Assembly: GCA_023898385.1 (NCBI GenBank)
Contig: CP060220.1
Span: forward strand, 76,993 to 140,992
Direction: 5' to 3'
DNA length: 64,000 bases
DNA from: Pseudobdellovibrionaceae bacterium
GTDB lineage: Bacteria > Bdellovibrionota > Bdellovibrionia > Bdellovibrionales > UBA1609
Part shown: in pieces, positions 36,995 to 45,802 of the stretch
How the letters are laid out: every line of letters begins with the position of its first letter
How positions within the stretch are numbered: position 1 is the stretch's first letter
Translations under genes and position numbers: made by a program
Notes under the pieces: generated by a model
What the model was told of the DNA's origin: nothing
Database searches by the model: none
What the model saw: only the letters and a program-made list of their open reading frames with translations

Positions 36995-38127
36995 TGTATC
37001 CAAGCCCCACCTGGAATGCTGATTCGCGTTCCATTGTATGTGCAAACATCAACGCGTCCGTCGTAGACCCGTTTGTGTTTACAGAATGCGATGCAGGATG
37101 CGAGATCTTCAACATAAAAATCAAATGTAGGTGACACGCCGGCATGATCAGAAAGAACACAGTTGCTGGACGCTTGCGTGCCTGTTTTCTGGTGCATGGG
37201 CATTGAGATTGAGCTTAAAATCATCTGTGTCCACGGCATTTCATTGCCTAATTCAACCTCAATTTGACAATCTGATGTACTGACCTGCCCCAATGGCGTA
37301 TAAGAAGCTGCCAGCGTAGACGGATCAATCTTAGCCTTGAAGTCACCACAAAATGTTTTACGATTGGTATAATCCTGGTACCAGCCGCTGTCGCACGCGA
37401 TAATATTGGGATCACGAGCATTTCGGAAGACGATTCTAAAATGGCCATTCAAGTTGTGAAGGGGGTCGCCCTCCATGGTGACAGAACGCAAAAAGTACTC
37501 TCGCAAACCATCATCACTTTTACAGTAGCCGGTATTAAATATGTTTTTGACCGGACCAAGTTCGGCACTTTCTTCGGCACAAGAGGGGTCTGTGCAGATC
37601 TCGCCATCGTTGATTTGACCGTCATCAAGACAGTCTTCAATCAAATGTGTGGAGTTATTAACAACAAGGCCCTTGTAAAAATCAATTGTTTTAAAAGGGC
37701 GAAGTTGTGATTTTCGACTTTTCGCTTTCACTTCAAATTTTACCGACACAGCTGTGACCGCACTCGTCTCGGACAATTTTTTTAAACCCGTGGTTTTAAG
37801 AGATGTGATTTCAAGCATGCCGTAATGGCTGCCCGTGGTTAAAGAGCCGAAACCAGGCAGCTGTAGGTTAAGGGGCACAGAGGCTGTCTCTTCGGGGTCA
37901 AGTTCGACGTTACTAAATAGGCGGGTGCAGGACCTTTTTTGCGAAAGGGCATTCAAAAGCGTGAGTTGTAATTCACTGTGTTCCATTTGCCCTTCCATAT
38001 GAGAAACGTGCTGACCCATATAGGTGGGAAGACCAAAAGCCATGGATAGCATCATCGACGTGATGGCTATCGTCACCGTGAGCTCGGTTAAGCTAAATCC
38101 TGAAATAGAAGATATACGTCCGCCCAT
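36991..38127 (-). CDS. Pilin-like protein P1: prepilin N-terminus plus Cys-rich C-terminal module
   Basis: MGGRISSISG/FSLTELTVTIAITSMML is a class III signal with Glu+5. 12 Cys by my count. Confidence 0.75.
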   Translation of the reverse strand: MGGRISSISGFSLTELTVTIAITSMMLSMAFGLPTYMGQHVSHMEGQMEHSELQLTLLNALSQKRSCTRLFSNVELDPEETASVPLNLQLPGFGSLTTGSHYGMLEITSLKTTGLKKLSETSAVTAVSVKFEVKAKSRKSQLRPFKTIDFYKGLVVNNSTHLIEDCLDDGQINDGEICTDPSCAEESAELGPVKNIFNTGYCKSDDGLREYFLRSVTMEGDPLHNLNGHFRIVFRNARDPNIIACDSGWYQDYTNRKTFCGDFKAKIDPSTLAASYTPLGQVSTSDCQIEVELGNEMPWTQMILSSISMPMHQKTGTQASSNCVLSDHAGVSPTFDFYVEDLASCIAFCKHKRVYDGRVDVCTYNGTRISIPGGAWIQ

Positions 38128-38180
38128 ATTCCTTGATTCATCCCTTCAATAAATGTATCGGAAAAAATCAAAGAAACTTT

Positions 38181-38198
38181 AGCCCTAGGTCATAAAAT
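38181..38198. repeat. 18-bp direct repeat (putative target-site duplication), left copy
   Basis: AGCCCTAGGTCATAAAAT, identical to 41002-41019. Confidence 0.85.
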
Positions 38199-38218
38199 GT
38201 TAAAAAATTTTAGAAATG

Positions 38219-39572
38219 CGAATTGCCTCAAAATGAGAGTTACTAGTTATTTTAAGGGGTTACTATCGAGACTTTGGTATTGTGAAAAACAGCTCCGCTG
38301 CCTCATAATAACGGTTACCACAACTGTGATTGCTAAGGCATTGAAACAACGGAGGAAACCACCGATGGATCGCGGAGCTGTAAATCAATATTTAACACTT
38401 TTGAGACAGAGTTACCAAGTTACTTCTTACCAAGAAAAGCAAAAAATTATTGATGTGGTTGGTCTTAATTTTGGTTGGCATAGAAAATCTGTGATTAGGG
38501 CTTTGAATCGGCCTGATAGTGAACGAAAGAGCCACCCTGGTCGAAAGCGGAAGTACTCAGCGGGAGCCATAATCCATCTGAAAAAGGTATGGCTGAAGAT
38601 GGATCAAATGTGTTCTAAACGGATGCGGGCGGCACTGCCACGGTGGTTAAAAGATTATAACCACTGCAGCGATGCGATAAAGGAAGAATTGATGAGCATG
38701 GGGGCAAGTACGATAGACCGCTACTTGCGAAGCTACAAAGCTCAACTTAAGCGAAAAAACAATACTGGCACGAGGCCTGGCAGTGACTACTTTAAAAACA
38801 GGATCCCGATTAAGCCGCTGGATCACAACGTCCATGAAGCTGGGGTCGTTGAGGCGGATACAGTCGCTCATTGTGGCGACTCGTTAAGTGGAGTCTTTGC
38901 CTGGAGTCTGACCTTAACAGATGTTAAGACGGGTTGGACAGAAGTGCGAGCCCAATGGGGTAAGTCAGGCATAGGAGTGGTCAACGGTATTACAAATATC
39001 GAAGAAAATCTTCCGTTCAAAATTAAAGAATTTTGCTGCGACAATGGTTCTGAGTTCTTGAATCACCAGCTGCTCAACTATATGTCTCAACTTGGCCAGG
39101 CACACAAGATAAAGCGTGGTCGTCCATACCGCAAGAACGATCAGTGCCATGTTGAGCAGAAGAACTACACTCATGTACGGCAGCTTTTTGGTTACCATAG
39201 AATAGACCAAAAAGAACTCATAGAGTTAATGAACGACATTTACGCTAATGAGTGGTCACAGTTGCAAAACTATTTTATGCCGCAGATGAAGTTAATCAGA
39301 AAGACAAGAATAGGTTCAAAGTACAAGCGAGAATACTCAAAACCAATGACACCCTATGACCGAATCATGGCTGAACCAACCATATCCTCAGAAGTGAAAG
39401 CTCGTCTAAAGCGGCAATACGACAACCTCAATCCCTTTGCGTTAAAGGAAGCTCTCGACAGAAAGGTCAATCGTTTCTTCAAGCTAGTGAACTTCAAACC
39501 CATAAGGAACGCATCATGACCAGACGAAATGACAGAATGCAGGAAAGTAACTCAAGTAAATGGGTCAATATG
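38219..39572 (+). mobile_element. IS element 'A' (rve/DDE, ISNCY-like) nested in the left end of IS 'B'
   Basis: Imperfect ~26-bp IRs: CGAATTGCCTCAAAATGAGAGTTACT, and the reverse complement of the right end CATATTGACCCATTTACTTGAGTTACT. AATG occurs on both flanks (38215-38218 and 39573-39576). Confidence 0.55.
38365..39519 (+). CDS. DDE (rve) transposase of IS 'A'
   Basis: GGAGGA precedes ATG 38365. ADTVAHCGDS...CDNGSEF...RPYRKNDQCHVEQKN shows DDE integrase-core spacing. Confidence 0.8.
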   Translation: MDRGAVNQYLTLLRQSYQVTSYQEKQKIIDVVGLNFGWHRKSVIRALNRPDSERKSHPGRKRKYSAGAIIHLKKVWLKMDQMCSKRMRAALPRWLKDYNHCSDAIKEELMSMGASTIDRYLRSYKAQLKRKNNTGTRPGSDYFKNRIPIKPLDHNVHEAGVVEADTVAHCGDSLSGVFAWSLTLTDVKTGWTEVRAQWGKSGIGVVNGITNIEENLPFKIKEFCCDNGSEFLNHQLLNYMSQLGQAHKIKRGRPYRKNDQCHVEQKNYTHVRQLFGYHRIDQKELIELMNDIYANEWSQLQNYFMPQMKLIRKTRIGSKYKREYSKPMTPYDRIMAEPTISSEVKARLKRQYDNLNPFALKEALDRKVNRFFKLVNFKPIRNAS

Positions 39573-39620
39573 AATGTCCGGTTTTTTTGGCCTTTTCCCA
39601 AGTTGAAATGTCCCCTTTTC

Positions 39621-40880
39621 TCAGTCTGACACATTGTGCGTGTTTCGTTTTGAGCCATTCTTAAATTCTGTTAGTTTTTTACACTCAATCACCTCATGTG
39701 GGATTGCCTCTCTGGTTTTTTCGTGAACCACGCTCAAGGTGCCATCGGTGTGGATGCTGACCTCCACTTTTGCCTTTGCCCAGTTGGCTCTGTGAGCGGC
39801 TGGCAGGAGTTGGATTTTATAAAGGCCCTTTCGAGCAATGATGTTATCTGGCCGTACTGTACTTGTGTATTTAGCGCAGAGGATGTTCCGTAAGCACTTG
39901 GGGTCAAAGAGCTCTACAAAGGCTTTCCTGGGGCTTTTAGGCGCCTTCCTGAAGCGCTTCCTGAAGTCAGGTAAAAACACGTCTTCGATAAATACGTTTG
40001 CAACGTCGATGTTTTTTATTTTTCGAAGCCTGAGCTCTGAGATCAGTCGATCTTGAAAAGTCCTGTTCATTCTCTCAACGCGACCCTTAGCGGGGGCCGA
40101 GTGTGCTGCTATGAACTCGACTCCCAGCTCATCAAGGGCTCTGCCGATTTGGGTGAGGACTTTTTTGTCTTCCTTTGGATCTTCGAAGTACGACTTGTGA
40201 GTACCTACCTTCACTCCTTGTCCTGAGTAGTGGAACCAACTGGCCTTGTCCGTGTAGATGGCCATAGGAAGGCCATAAGTTCTAAACACATGTTCGAGGG
40301 CCTTGAAGTTAGGCATAGTCCCGTCATGCTCAAAGAACTGTGCATAGAGCGGGTCTGAGGTGGCATCATCGACAATCACGATTAGTTGTAGCTCCTGCCC
40401 TGTGCCCAGCCAGTCGTGCGGTGATGTGTCTTGTTGCAAAAGCTCGCCGGCACTCTCACGTCTCGGGCGCTCTTTGCGGTGCTTCCTGGGACGATGCATT
40501 TTCTTGTCAGTGAGGTTTCCACTGCGCAGTATTTTTCGCACCGACTCAACGCTGATCTTTATTCCCTCCACTTCATTGAGCTTCTCAGTAAAGTGAGTGA
40601 AGTTAAGATTTGCTTTCTGGTACTGATTTACCCACAAAGACTTGACCCTCTCCACCTTCTCTGGAGATATAGCGTTGTTGCTTGTACGACCGACAAGACC
40701 GTGCACAACACCTTTGGCGCCTTGAAGACGTACGAGGTCTTCAAGGCGTCGTACCTGCCTTGTTGACAACCCCAATACCTCTGCGGCTTCTTTCTGACGC
40801 ATGCGTTTATCCATCACGTCTTTTATCACTCTGAATTTTTTCACCTCTGCCCCCGTTAATCTAAGCCGTTTAGCACCCAT
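39621..40880 (-). CDS. DDE (rve) transposase of IS 'B' with N-terminal HTH
   Basis: EAAEVLGLSTRQVRRL is an HTH. QQDTSPHDWLG...VIVDDATS...IYTDKASWF...SAPAKGRVERMNRTFQDRL matches ISNCY-type transposases as I remember them. Confidence 0.8.
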   Translation of the reverse strand: MGAKRLRLTGAEVKKFRVIKDVMDKRMRQKEAAEVLGLSTRQVRRLEDLVRLQGAKGVVHGLVGRTSNNAISPEKVERVKSLWVNQYQKANLNFTHFTEKLNEVEGIKISVESVRKILRSGNLTDKKMHRPRKHRKERPRRESAGELLQQDTSPHDWLGTGQELQLIVIVDDATSDPLYAQFFEHDGTMPNFKALEHVFRTYGLPMAIYTDKASWFHYSGQGVKVGTHKSYFEDPKEDKKVLTQIGRALDELGVEFIAAHSAPAKGRVERMNRTFQDRLISELRLRKIKNIDVANVFIEDVFLPDFRKRFRKAPKSPRKAFVELFDPKCLRNILCAKYTSTVRPDNIIARKGLYKIQLLPAAHRANWAKAKVEVSIHTDGTLSVVHEKTREAIPHEVIECKKLTEFKNGSKRNTHNVSD

Positions 40881-41001
40881 TTAAGCCCCCTCATGGTGAG
40901 AGAGCTTAATAAATCACCACTAAGTCACTGTAATGACTCAATGTAGAAAAGCGGACATTTCTACTTTGTGAAAAAAGCGGACACTTTAACTTTGTCGGAA
41001 C

Positions 41002-41019
41002 AGCCCTAGGTCATAAAAT
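41002..41019. repeat. 18-bp direct repeat (putative target-site duplication), right copy
   Basis: AGCCCTAGGTCATAAAAT. Confidence 0.85.
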
Positions 41020-41047
41020 ATCGACATTTTTGGCAGAAAATGTCGAT
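41020..41047 (-). terminator. Probable putA terminator hairpin
   Basis: ATCGACATTTT-tggcag-AAAATGTCGAT, an 11-bp stem. On the minus strand it is followed by AUUUUAU. It sits 34 nt after the putA stop. Confidence 0.5.
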
Positions 41048-41080
41048 ATTTTTGGGCGTCGTGTTTCACTATGAGACGGT

Positions 41081-44000
41081 TTACGCGTCGGGGGCGAAGC
41101 CTCGGCGCATGGTGTTTTCGCAAATATTTCTGGGATGCATGAAATGCAACAAATAGTCGGGAGACCCCGTTTTGCTGCCAAGGCCAGACATTTTAAACCC
41201 TCCGAAGGGGTGTCGTTGCACGAGAGCTCCCGTAATGCCTCTGTTGATGTAGAGGTTGCCCACATTGAACTCCTCTTTTACCAGCTCAATGTTTGCAGGA
41301 CTTCTAGAATACACACCACCGGTGAGGCCGTATTCAACATCATTAGCCACTTGCAGGGCAGTCTCTAAGTCTTTCACCTTGATCACGGCAAGCACAGGGC
41401 CAAAGATTTCTTCTTGTGCCAAGGACGAATGGGGATCCACGTCCGTAAACACCGTGGGAGGTACAAAAAACCCTTCTTTCGGTACGTCACCTTGATAGGC
41501 AAGGGTCGCCGTGGCTTTGCTCTCCTCAATAATGCCTAAAATCTTTCGTTGGGCTTCTTCGTCGATCACCGGTCCCATAAAGGCTGCGGGATTATCAGCT
41601 GGTAGCACGCGAATACTTTTCACCGCCTCGACCAGCCGTTCAACAAACCGATCATAAATGCTTTCAAGTACAATCACACGACTGCAGGCAGAACACTTTT
41701 GACCCTGAAAACCAAAGGCCGAATAGACCACACCGTGTATGGCTTCGTCGAGGTCAGCATCACTATCTAGGATGATGGCATTTTTTCCGCCCATTTCAAT
41801 AATGCATCTTTTGACGTGTCGCTGGCCTAAAACAATCTGTCCGGCCTTATTCACAATGTGCAGTCCTACGGCCTTACTGCCGGTAAAAGCGATGAGATCC
41901 ACATCTTTGTGCCCAGTGAGGTATTCACCCACCTCTTCGCCAATACCTGGCAAATAATTAACGACGCCGGCAGGACAGCCGGCTTCTTTTAAAGCACTCA
42001 TCAGCAGCGATGCCGTCACAGAGCTTTGTTCCGCCGGCTTCATGATCACGGTATTGCCTGTAACCACCGCCGCTGTGACCATTCCGGTTAAAATCGCCAG
42101 AGGGAAATTCCATGGCGCAATAACTAGAGTCACGCCAATGGGTTGATAGTGAAGCCAGTTGCTCTCACCGGGCACTGAGCCCGTACGGTCGCCTTTAGCG
42201 ATTCGAAGCATTTCTGCTGCGTAGTAGCGGCAAAAATCAATGGCTTCAGCAATGTCACCATCAGCCTCTGACCATGGTTTTCCGCACTCAATCACTTGAG
42301 TGGCCGCTAAAGTGTAGCGATCTCGCTCTAAAATATCAGCCAGGTTTTTTAGCACCTGCGTGCGTGTATTCACCGACGCCTTTTTCCATGCGGTAAAGGC
42401 TGTTCGCGCTGACGTTACAGAGAGGTCGGCGTGTTCATTAGAGGCCAGACAAATTCGTCCCACCAATTGATCGGGATGAGAAGGATTATAGCGATCAATG
42501 GTTCTCTCGGTATTGATATTTTTGTGATCAATAACAAGGGGGTGGGTTTGACCCATGGTGGATTGCACATCCCTCAACGCCGTTTCCATCTTTTGCCGCT
42601 CACTGTGAATCGCAAAATCAGTAAATGGATTATTGTGAAAAGCGCGGCTTAGAGTTTTTGGTTGGTTACTTGAAGGCTCAAGACCTAGCCCCGGGTTTTG
42701 CATAAGCTTTTCTGTGGGAATGTTTTCAGAAAACTTAGAGCGCAAAAATGATTCGTTCGACGTATTTTCTAGAAGTCGCCTGACTAAGTAAGCCATTCCA
42801 GGAATCAGCTCGCCAATAGTGGCATATTCGCGAACTCGATATCCTTCATTGGCTAAAGTTTTTTTAATGGAATCGGCCATACCATAGAGCATTTGAACCT
42901 CAATGGCATTTTTCGAAAGGCCCGCTTCTTCGGCCATAATTAAAGCGGCAGAAATAGAGCGAACATTATGTGAACCAATGGCCAGCCGCACATGTTGAAT
43001 ATTGTTGATAGCAAACTGCGCACAATCTTCAAAATTTTTATCAGATTCTTTTTTATTTGTGTAAACAGGAATGGGCCAACCCTGTTGTTCGGCGTGGATA
43101 GTCTCAAAATCCCAGTAGGCGCCTTTAACTAGGCGTACAGTTACTGCTGTGCCGCGCTCTTTAGCAAATGTGGCAAGCTCATGCAGGTCGGCAAGGGAGT
43201 CTCGTAGGTAGGCTTGAATAACAATTCCAAAATGCGGGTAGTCTCGAAGTTCAGGTTCAAGGAGCAATTTCTTGAATACGGCAAGGGTCAGGTCTTTATG
43301 ATCATATTGTTCCATGTCCACATTGACGAAAACAAAATTCTCTTTGGCCAAAAGGAGCAACGGGCGCAGGCGATCAGCGAGAGTGTTAACAGTTTCATCC
43401 CAGGCCTTGGCGTTGATTTGTGAATACAACGAAGTCAGCTTCACTGACACATTCACTTTTGGTATGGGGCCGCGATCATCTTCGTCAAGAAGTGAGTGAT
43501 GCGACCAGCTTTTCGCATCTTTGACCAAGCCAACAAGTAGCTCCCGATAGCGCGTTTGATATTCAAGAGCTTCTTTTTCAGAAAGAGTCGCTTCTCCCAA
43601 GAGATCGGCTGTGAAACATAAGTTTTGTTTTCGGGCCTTTTTTAATTTAGGCAAGGCTTCTTCAGGAGTTTCTCCAGTGATAAACATTTTTGCCATTTGG
43701 ACAATGTTCTTTTTGATGGCCCTTGATAGTAACCCTGGGGCCAGTGAGCTGACGCCCATTCCAAAATTAAACACGGGTGGAAGTTCTCCGCCATTTTCGG
43801 CAAAGTATTCTTTTAAATGTCTTGTGACCTCGGCGCCTGAATTGAGGTAGGGAAACACATCGACAAATCGAAACATGTTGGTCTTAAATTCCACATTCTT
43901 CATGGACCAATCCATAATGCGGCCGTACCACCAGTCGCTATTGAATATGGAGGGCCCTGATTGCTCGCCCATTTTTGAAAAAATCAGTTGGCCTTTTTCA

Positions 44001-44098
44001 AGGACCTTACTTTCAAATAAATGAGTGTGTTCTGGTGATGACATGTGATTGTTAGACATAGGCGTGAGACTCCCCGTGGTTGATGGCGTTAGATCCAT
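41081..44098 (-). CDS. putA: Bifunctional proline dehydrogenase / L-glutamate-gamma-semialdehyde dehydrogenase
   Basis: About 1005 aa. The N-terminal half is PRODH-like. The C-terminal half is an ALDH with FTGS, EMGGKNA and QGQKCSACSR motifs. GGAGG precedes ATG 44098. Confidence 0.9.
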   Translation of the reverse strand: MDLTPSTTGSLTPMSNNHMSSPEHTHLFESKVLEKGQLIFSKMGEQSGPSIFNSDWWYGRIMDWSMKNVEFKTNMFRFVDVFPYLNSGAEVTRHLKEYFAENGGELPPVFNFGMGVSSLAPGLLSRAIKKNIVQMAKMFITGETPEEALPKLKKARKQNLCFTADLLGEATLSEKEALEYQTRYRELLVGLVKDAKSWSHHSLLDEDDRGPIPKVNVSVKLTSLYSQINAKAWDETVNTLADRLRPLLLLAKENFVFVNVDMEQYDHKDLTLAVFKKLLLEPELRDYPHFGIVIQAYLRDSLADLHELATFAKERGTAVTVRLVKGAYWDFETIHAEQQGWPIPVYTNKKESDKNFEDCAQFAINNIQHVRLAIGSHNVRSISAALIMAEEAGLSKNAIEVQMLYGMADSIKKTLANEGYRVREYATIGELIPGMAYLVRRLLENTSNESFLRSKFSENIPTEKLMQNPGLGLEPSSNQPKTLSRAFHNNPFTDFAIHSERQKMETALRDVQSTMGQTHPLVIDHKNINTERTIDRYNPSHPDQLVGRICLASNEHADLSVTSARTAFTAWKKASVNTRTQVLKNLADILERDRYTLAATQVIECGKPWSEADGDIAEAIDFCRYYAAEMLRIAKGDRTGSVPGESNWLHYQPIGVTLVIAPWNFPLAILTGMVTAAVVTGNTVIMKPAEQSSVTASLLMSALKEAGCPAGVVNYLPGIGEEVGEYLTGHKDVDLIAFTGSKAVGLHIVNKAGQIVLGQRHVKRCIIEMGGKNAIILDSDADLDEAIHGVVYSAFGFQGQKCSACSRVIVLESIYDRFVERLVEAVKSIRVLPADNPAAFMGPVIDEEAQRKILGIIEESKATATLAYQGDVPKEGFFVPPTVFTDVDPHSSLAQEEIFGPVLAVIKVKDLETALQVANDVEYGLTGGVYSRSPANIELVKEEFNVGNLYINRGITGALVQRHPFGGFKMSGLGSKTGSPDYLLHFMHPRNICENTMRRGFAPDA

Positions 44099-44752
44099 GC
44101 CCAAACCTCCCTCATATGCTGAGCGGCATCGTCCTGTAATTGTGAGCTATTTAATGTCATAGGGCAGGGTCAGTGGGCAACAGCGTTTGGTGCATGGCCT
44201 GGTTTGGCGGCGCACAGCAGCAGATAACCTGTTAGGAGCATTCCAGAAAAAAGGCTGGAGGTGGGGAGCGTTCGCTCCCCCCTGGCAGTGATAGGACTTT
44301 GTAGGAACTTTCGGCTCATCGGTCACCCGGATACGGGTCAGAGCCTGGATGGTGAACTATCCCTATCGCAATTGCTGGACCAAAAAATTGGGGTCAGGCA
44401 CTGTGTCCAAATCAAATATAAGGCCCGAATACACAGACCTTTGGTGAGGTATAAGAGGGTGTTGGGGTCAAAACGACACTTTTTCTTGATGCGGCCAAAA
44501 TGCCCTTCAAAAAGTGACATTTCTGCGCGTTTTTCCTGTTGGAAATCTAGACACCAGAAATAATCAATAAAATCAATTACTTAGAATGTTGTGGCTGAGG
44601 CGGTGGAGGCTCTGCGGCTTCGAGCTAACCCCCTGTCGCAACGGCCATTTTTGGGCTCATCAAAAAAAATCAATCATATCAAGGCATTACAAGCTGGTCT
44701 CGCGGCACAACCCTTGCCTTGTTTGAAGGTAGAAGGAGGCGCTCTAGCCGTG

Positions 44753-45367
44753 ATGAAACGACTGCTCATGCTCGTATTGTTATTGAATAGTATCCTGTTG
44801 ATCCAGGCCTGCGGTCGTCCTGTGCCCGAAGAAGACCCATGTCACTTTGTGGTGAACCAAAAGGGGCAGCGTGTATCTTGGGGCGGGCAGACTATTCGAA
44901 TGTTCGTGCATGACTCTGTACCTGCCATATATAGAGACGCCATTAGAGAGGCTGCTGACGTTTGGAACGACAAACTCGGTGAGCGCGTTCTTGAAGTGAG
45001 TATTGGAGCCACCGGCCCGGTGGCCCCCACCCGCGATGGATACTCCACCATTAACTATTTAGATACCTGGGAAGAGAATAAATCCAACGAACAGGCTCGA
45101 ACCACAGTTTATTGGACGGGGTCTCAGGTTTACGAAGCGGATATTCGAATTAATAACAAAAATTTTGATTTCTACGTGGGCGATGAGGAACCGGATTTTT
45201 CTAAAGTTCATATGAAAAGCTTAATGGTACACGAGTTTGGTCATGTGCTGGGGCTTGGTCATATCGAAGAAAAATCAAGCGTCATGTATCCCACTTTGCT
45301 CAATGGCCTTGTGCGAACAGACTTGAGCTTTGTGGATTTAAGCTCGGTTCGCTGTGAGTACAATTGA
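44753..45367 (+). CDS. Matrixin-like (M10) metzincin lipoprotein
   Basis: Lipobox LIQACG. VHEFGHVLGLGH plus the Met-turn SVMYP. Confidence 0.8.
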   Translation: MKRLLMLVLLLNSILLIQACGRPVPEEDPCHFVVNQKGQRVSWGGQTIRMFVHDSVPAIYRDAIREAADVWNDKLGERVLEVSIGATGPVAPTRDGYSTINYLDTWEENKSNEQARTTVYWTGSQVYEADIRINNKNFDFYVGDEEPDFSKVHMKSLMVHEFGHVLGLGHIEEKSSVMYPTLLNGLVRTDLSFVDLSSVRCEYN

Positions 45368-45535
45368 GCGGTGTGTAAATAATACCTGCTGTGCATGTCT
45401 TAAAGTGGATTTTAGAAATGTAAGGTAATTTAAGTTTCTGTTTTTGTTAACCTGGGCCTAAGATAAGAAATCGGTAGGTCATGCAGTAAGGATATTGTTC
45501 AAAACCCGGGTCAGGCAAAGGAAAGGGAGTTTTTA

Positions 45536-45784
45536 ATGGCATTAAATAACCAATCTGTAGAGATTCAGCGTCAGATGGTTTCTGAAATGAAAGTGGAGCC
45601 CGCCACGGAAGTGACTCCTATCCATCAATCTTATGTGGAATTACCCACCCAAGAATCTTCTGTTTATCATCGTGATGGCATTCAGCAGTTGCGGGCCAAC
45701 ATCAGTCAATTGCAAGATCTTCATTCTCGATTGCATTTCATGGTGAACGAAGTCAGTTCGCTAATTAAGCGTCGCCGCATCTAG
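45536..45784 (+). CDS. Small hypothetical protein
   Basis: GGGAG precedes the ATG. 82 aa. No family recognised. Confidence 0.45.
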   Translation: MALNNQSVEIQRQMVSEMKVEPATEVTPIHQSYVELPTQESSVYHRDGIQQLRANISQLQDLHSRLHFMVNEVSSLIKRRRI

Positions 45785-45802
45785 CCCGAAGGCAATTTTT
45801 CT

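Larger units (their letters stand above)
38199..41001. mobile_element. IS element 'B' (ISNCY/IS1202-like), with its left end interrupted by IS 'A'
   Basis: Both termini start GTT... directly inside the 18-bp repeats. The end motif [AG]TGTCCG[GC]TTTT occurs twice at each end. See findings for the in-silico reconstruction. Confidence 0.65.

Noticed and set aside
44261-44563. 100-aa ORF in the putA upstream region
   Set aside because: It has no RBS, an arbitrary basic composition and an overlapping antisense ORF of similar quality.
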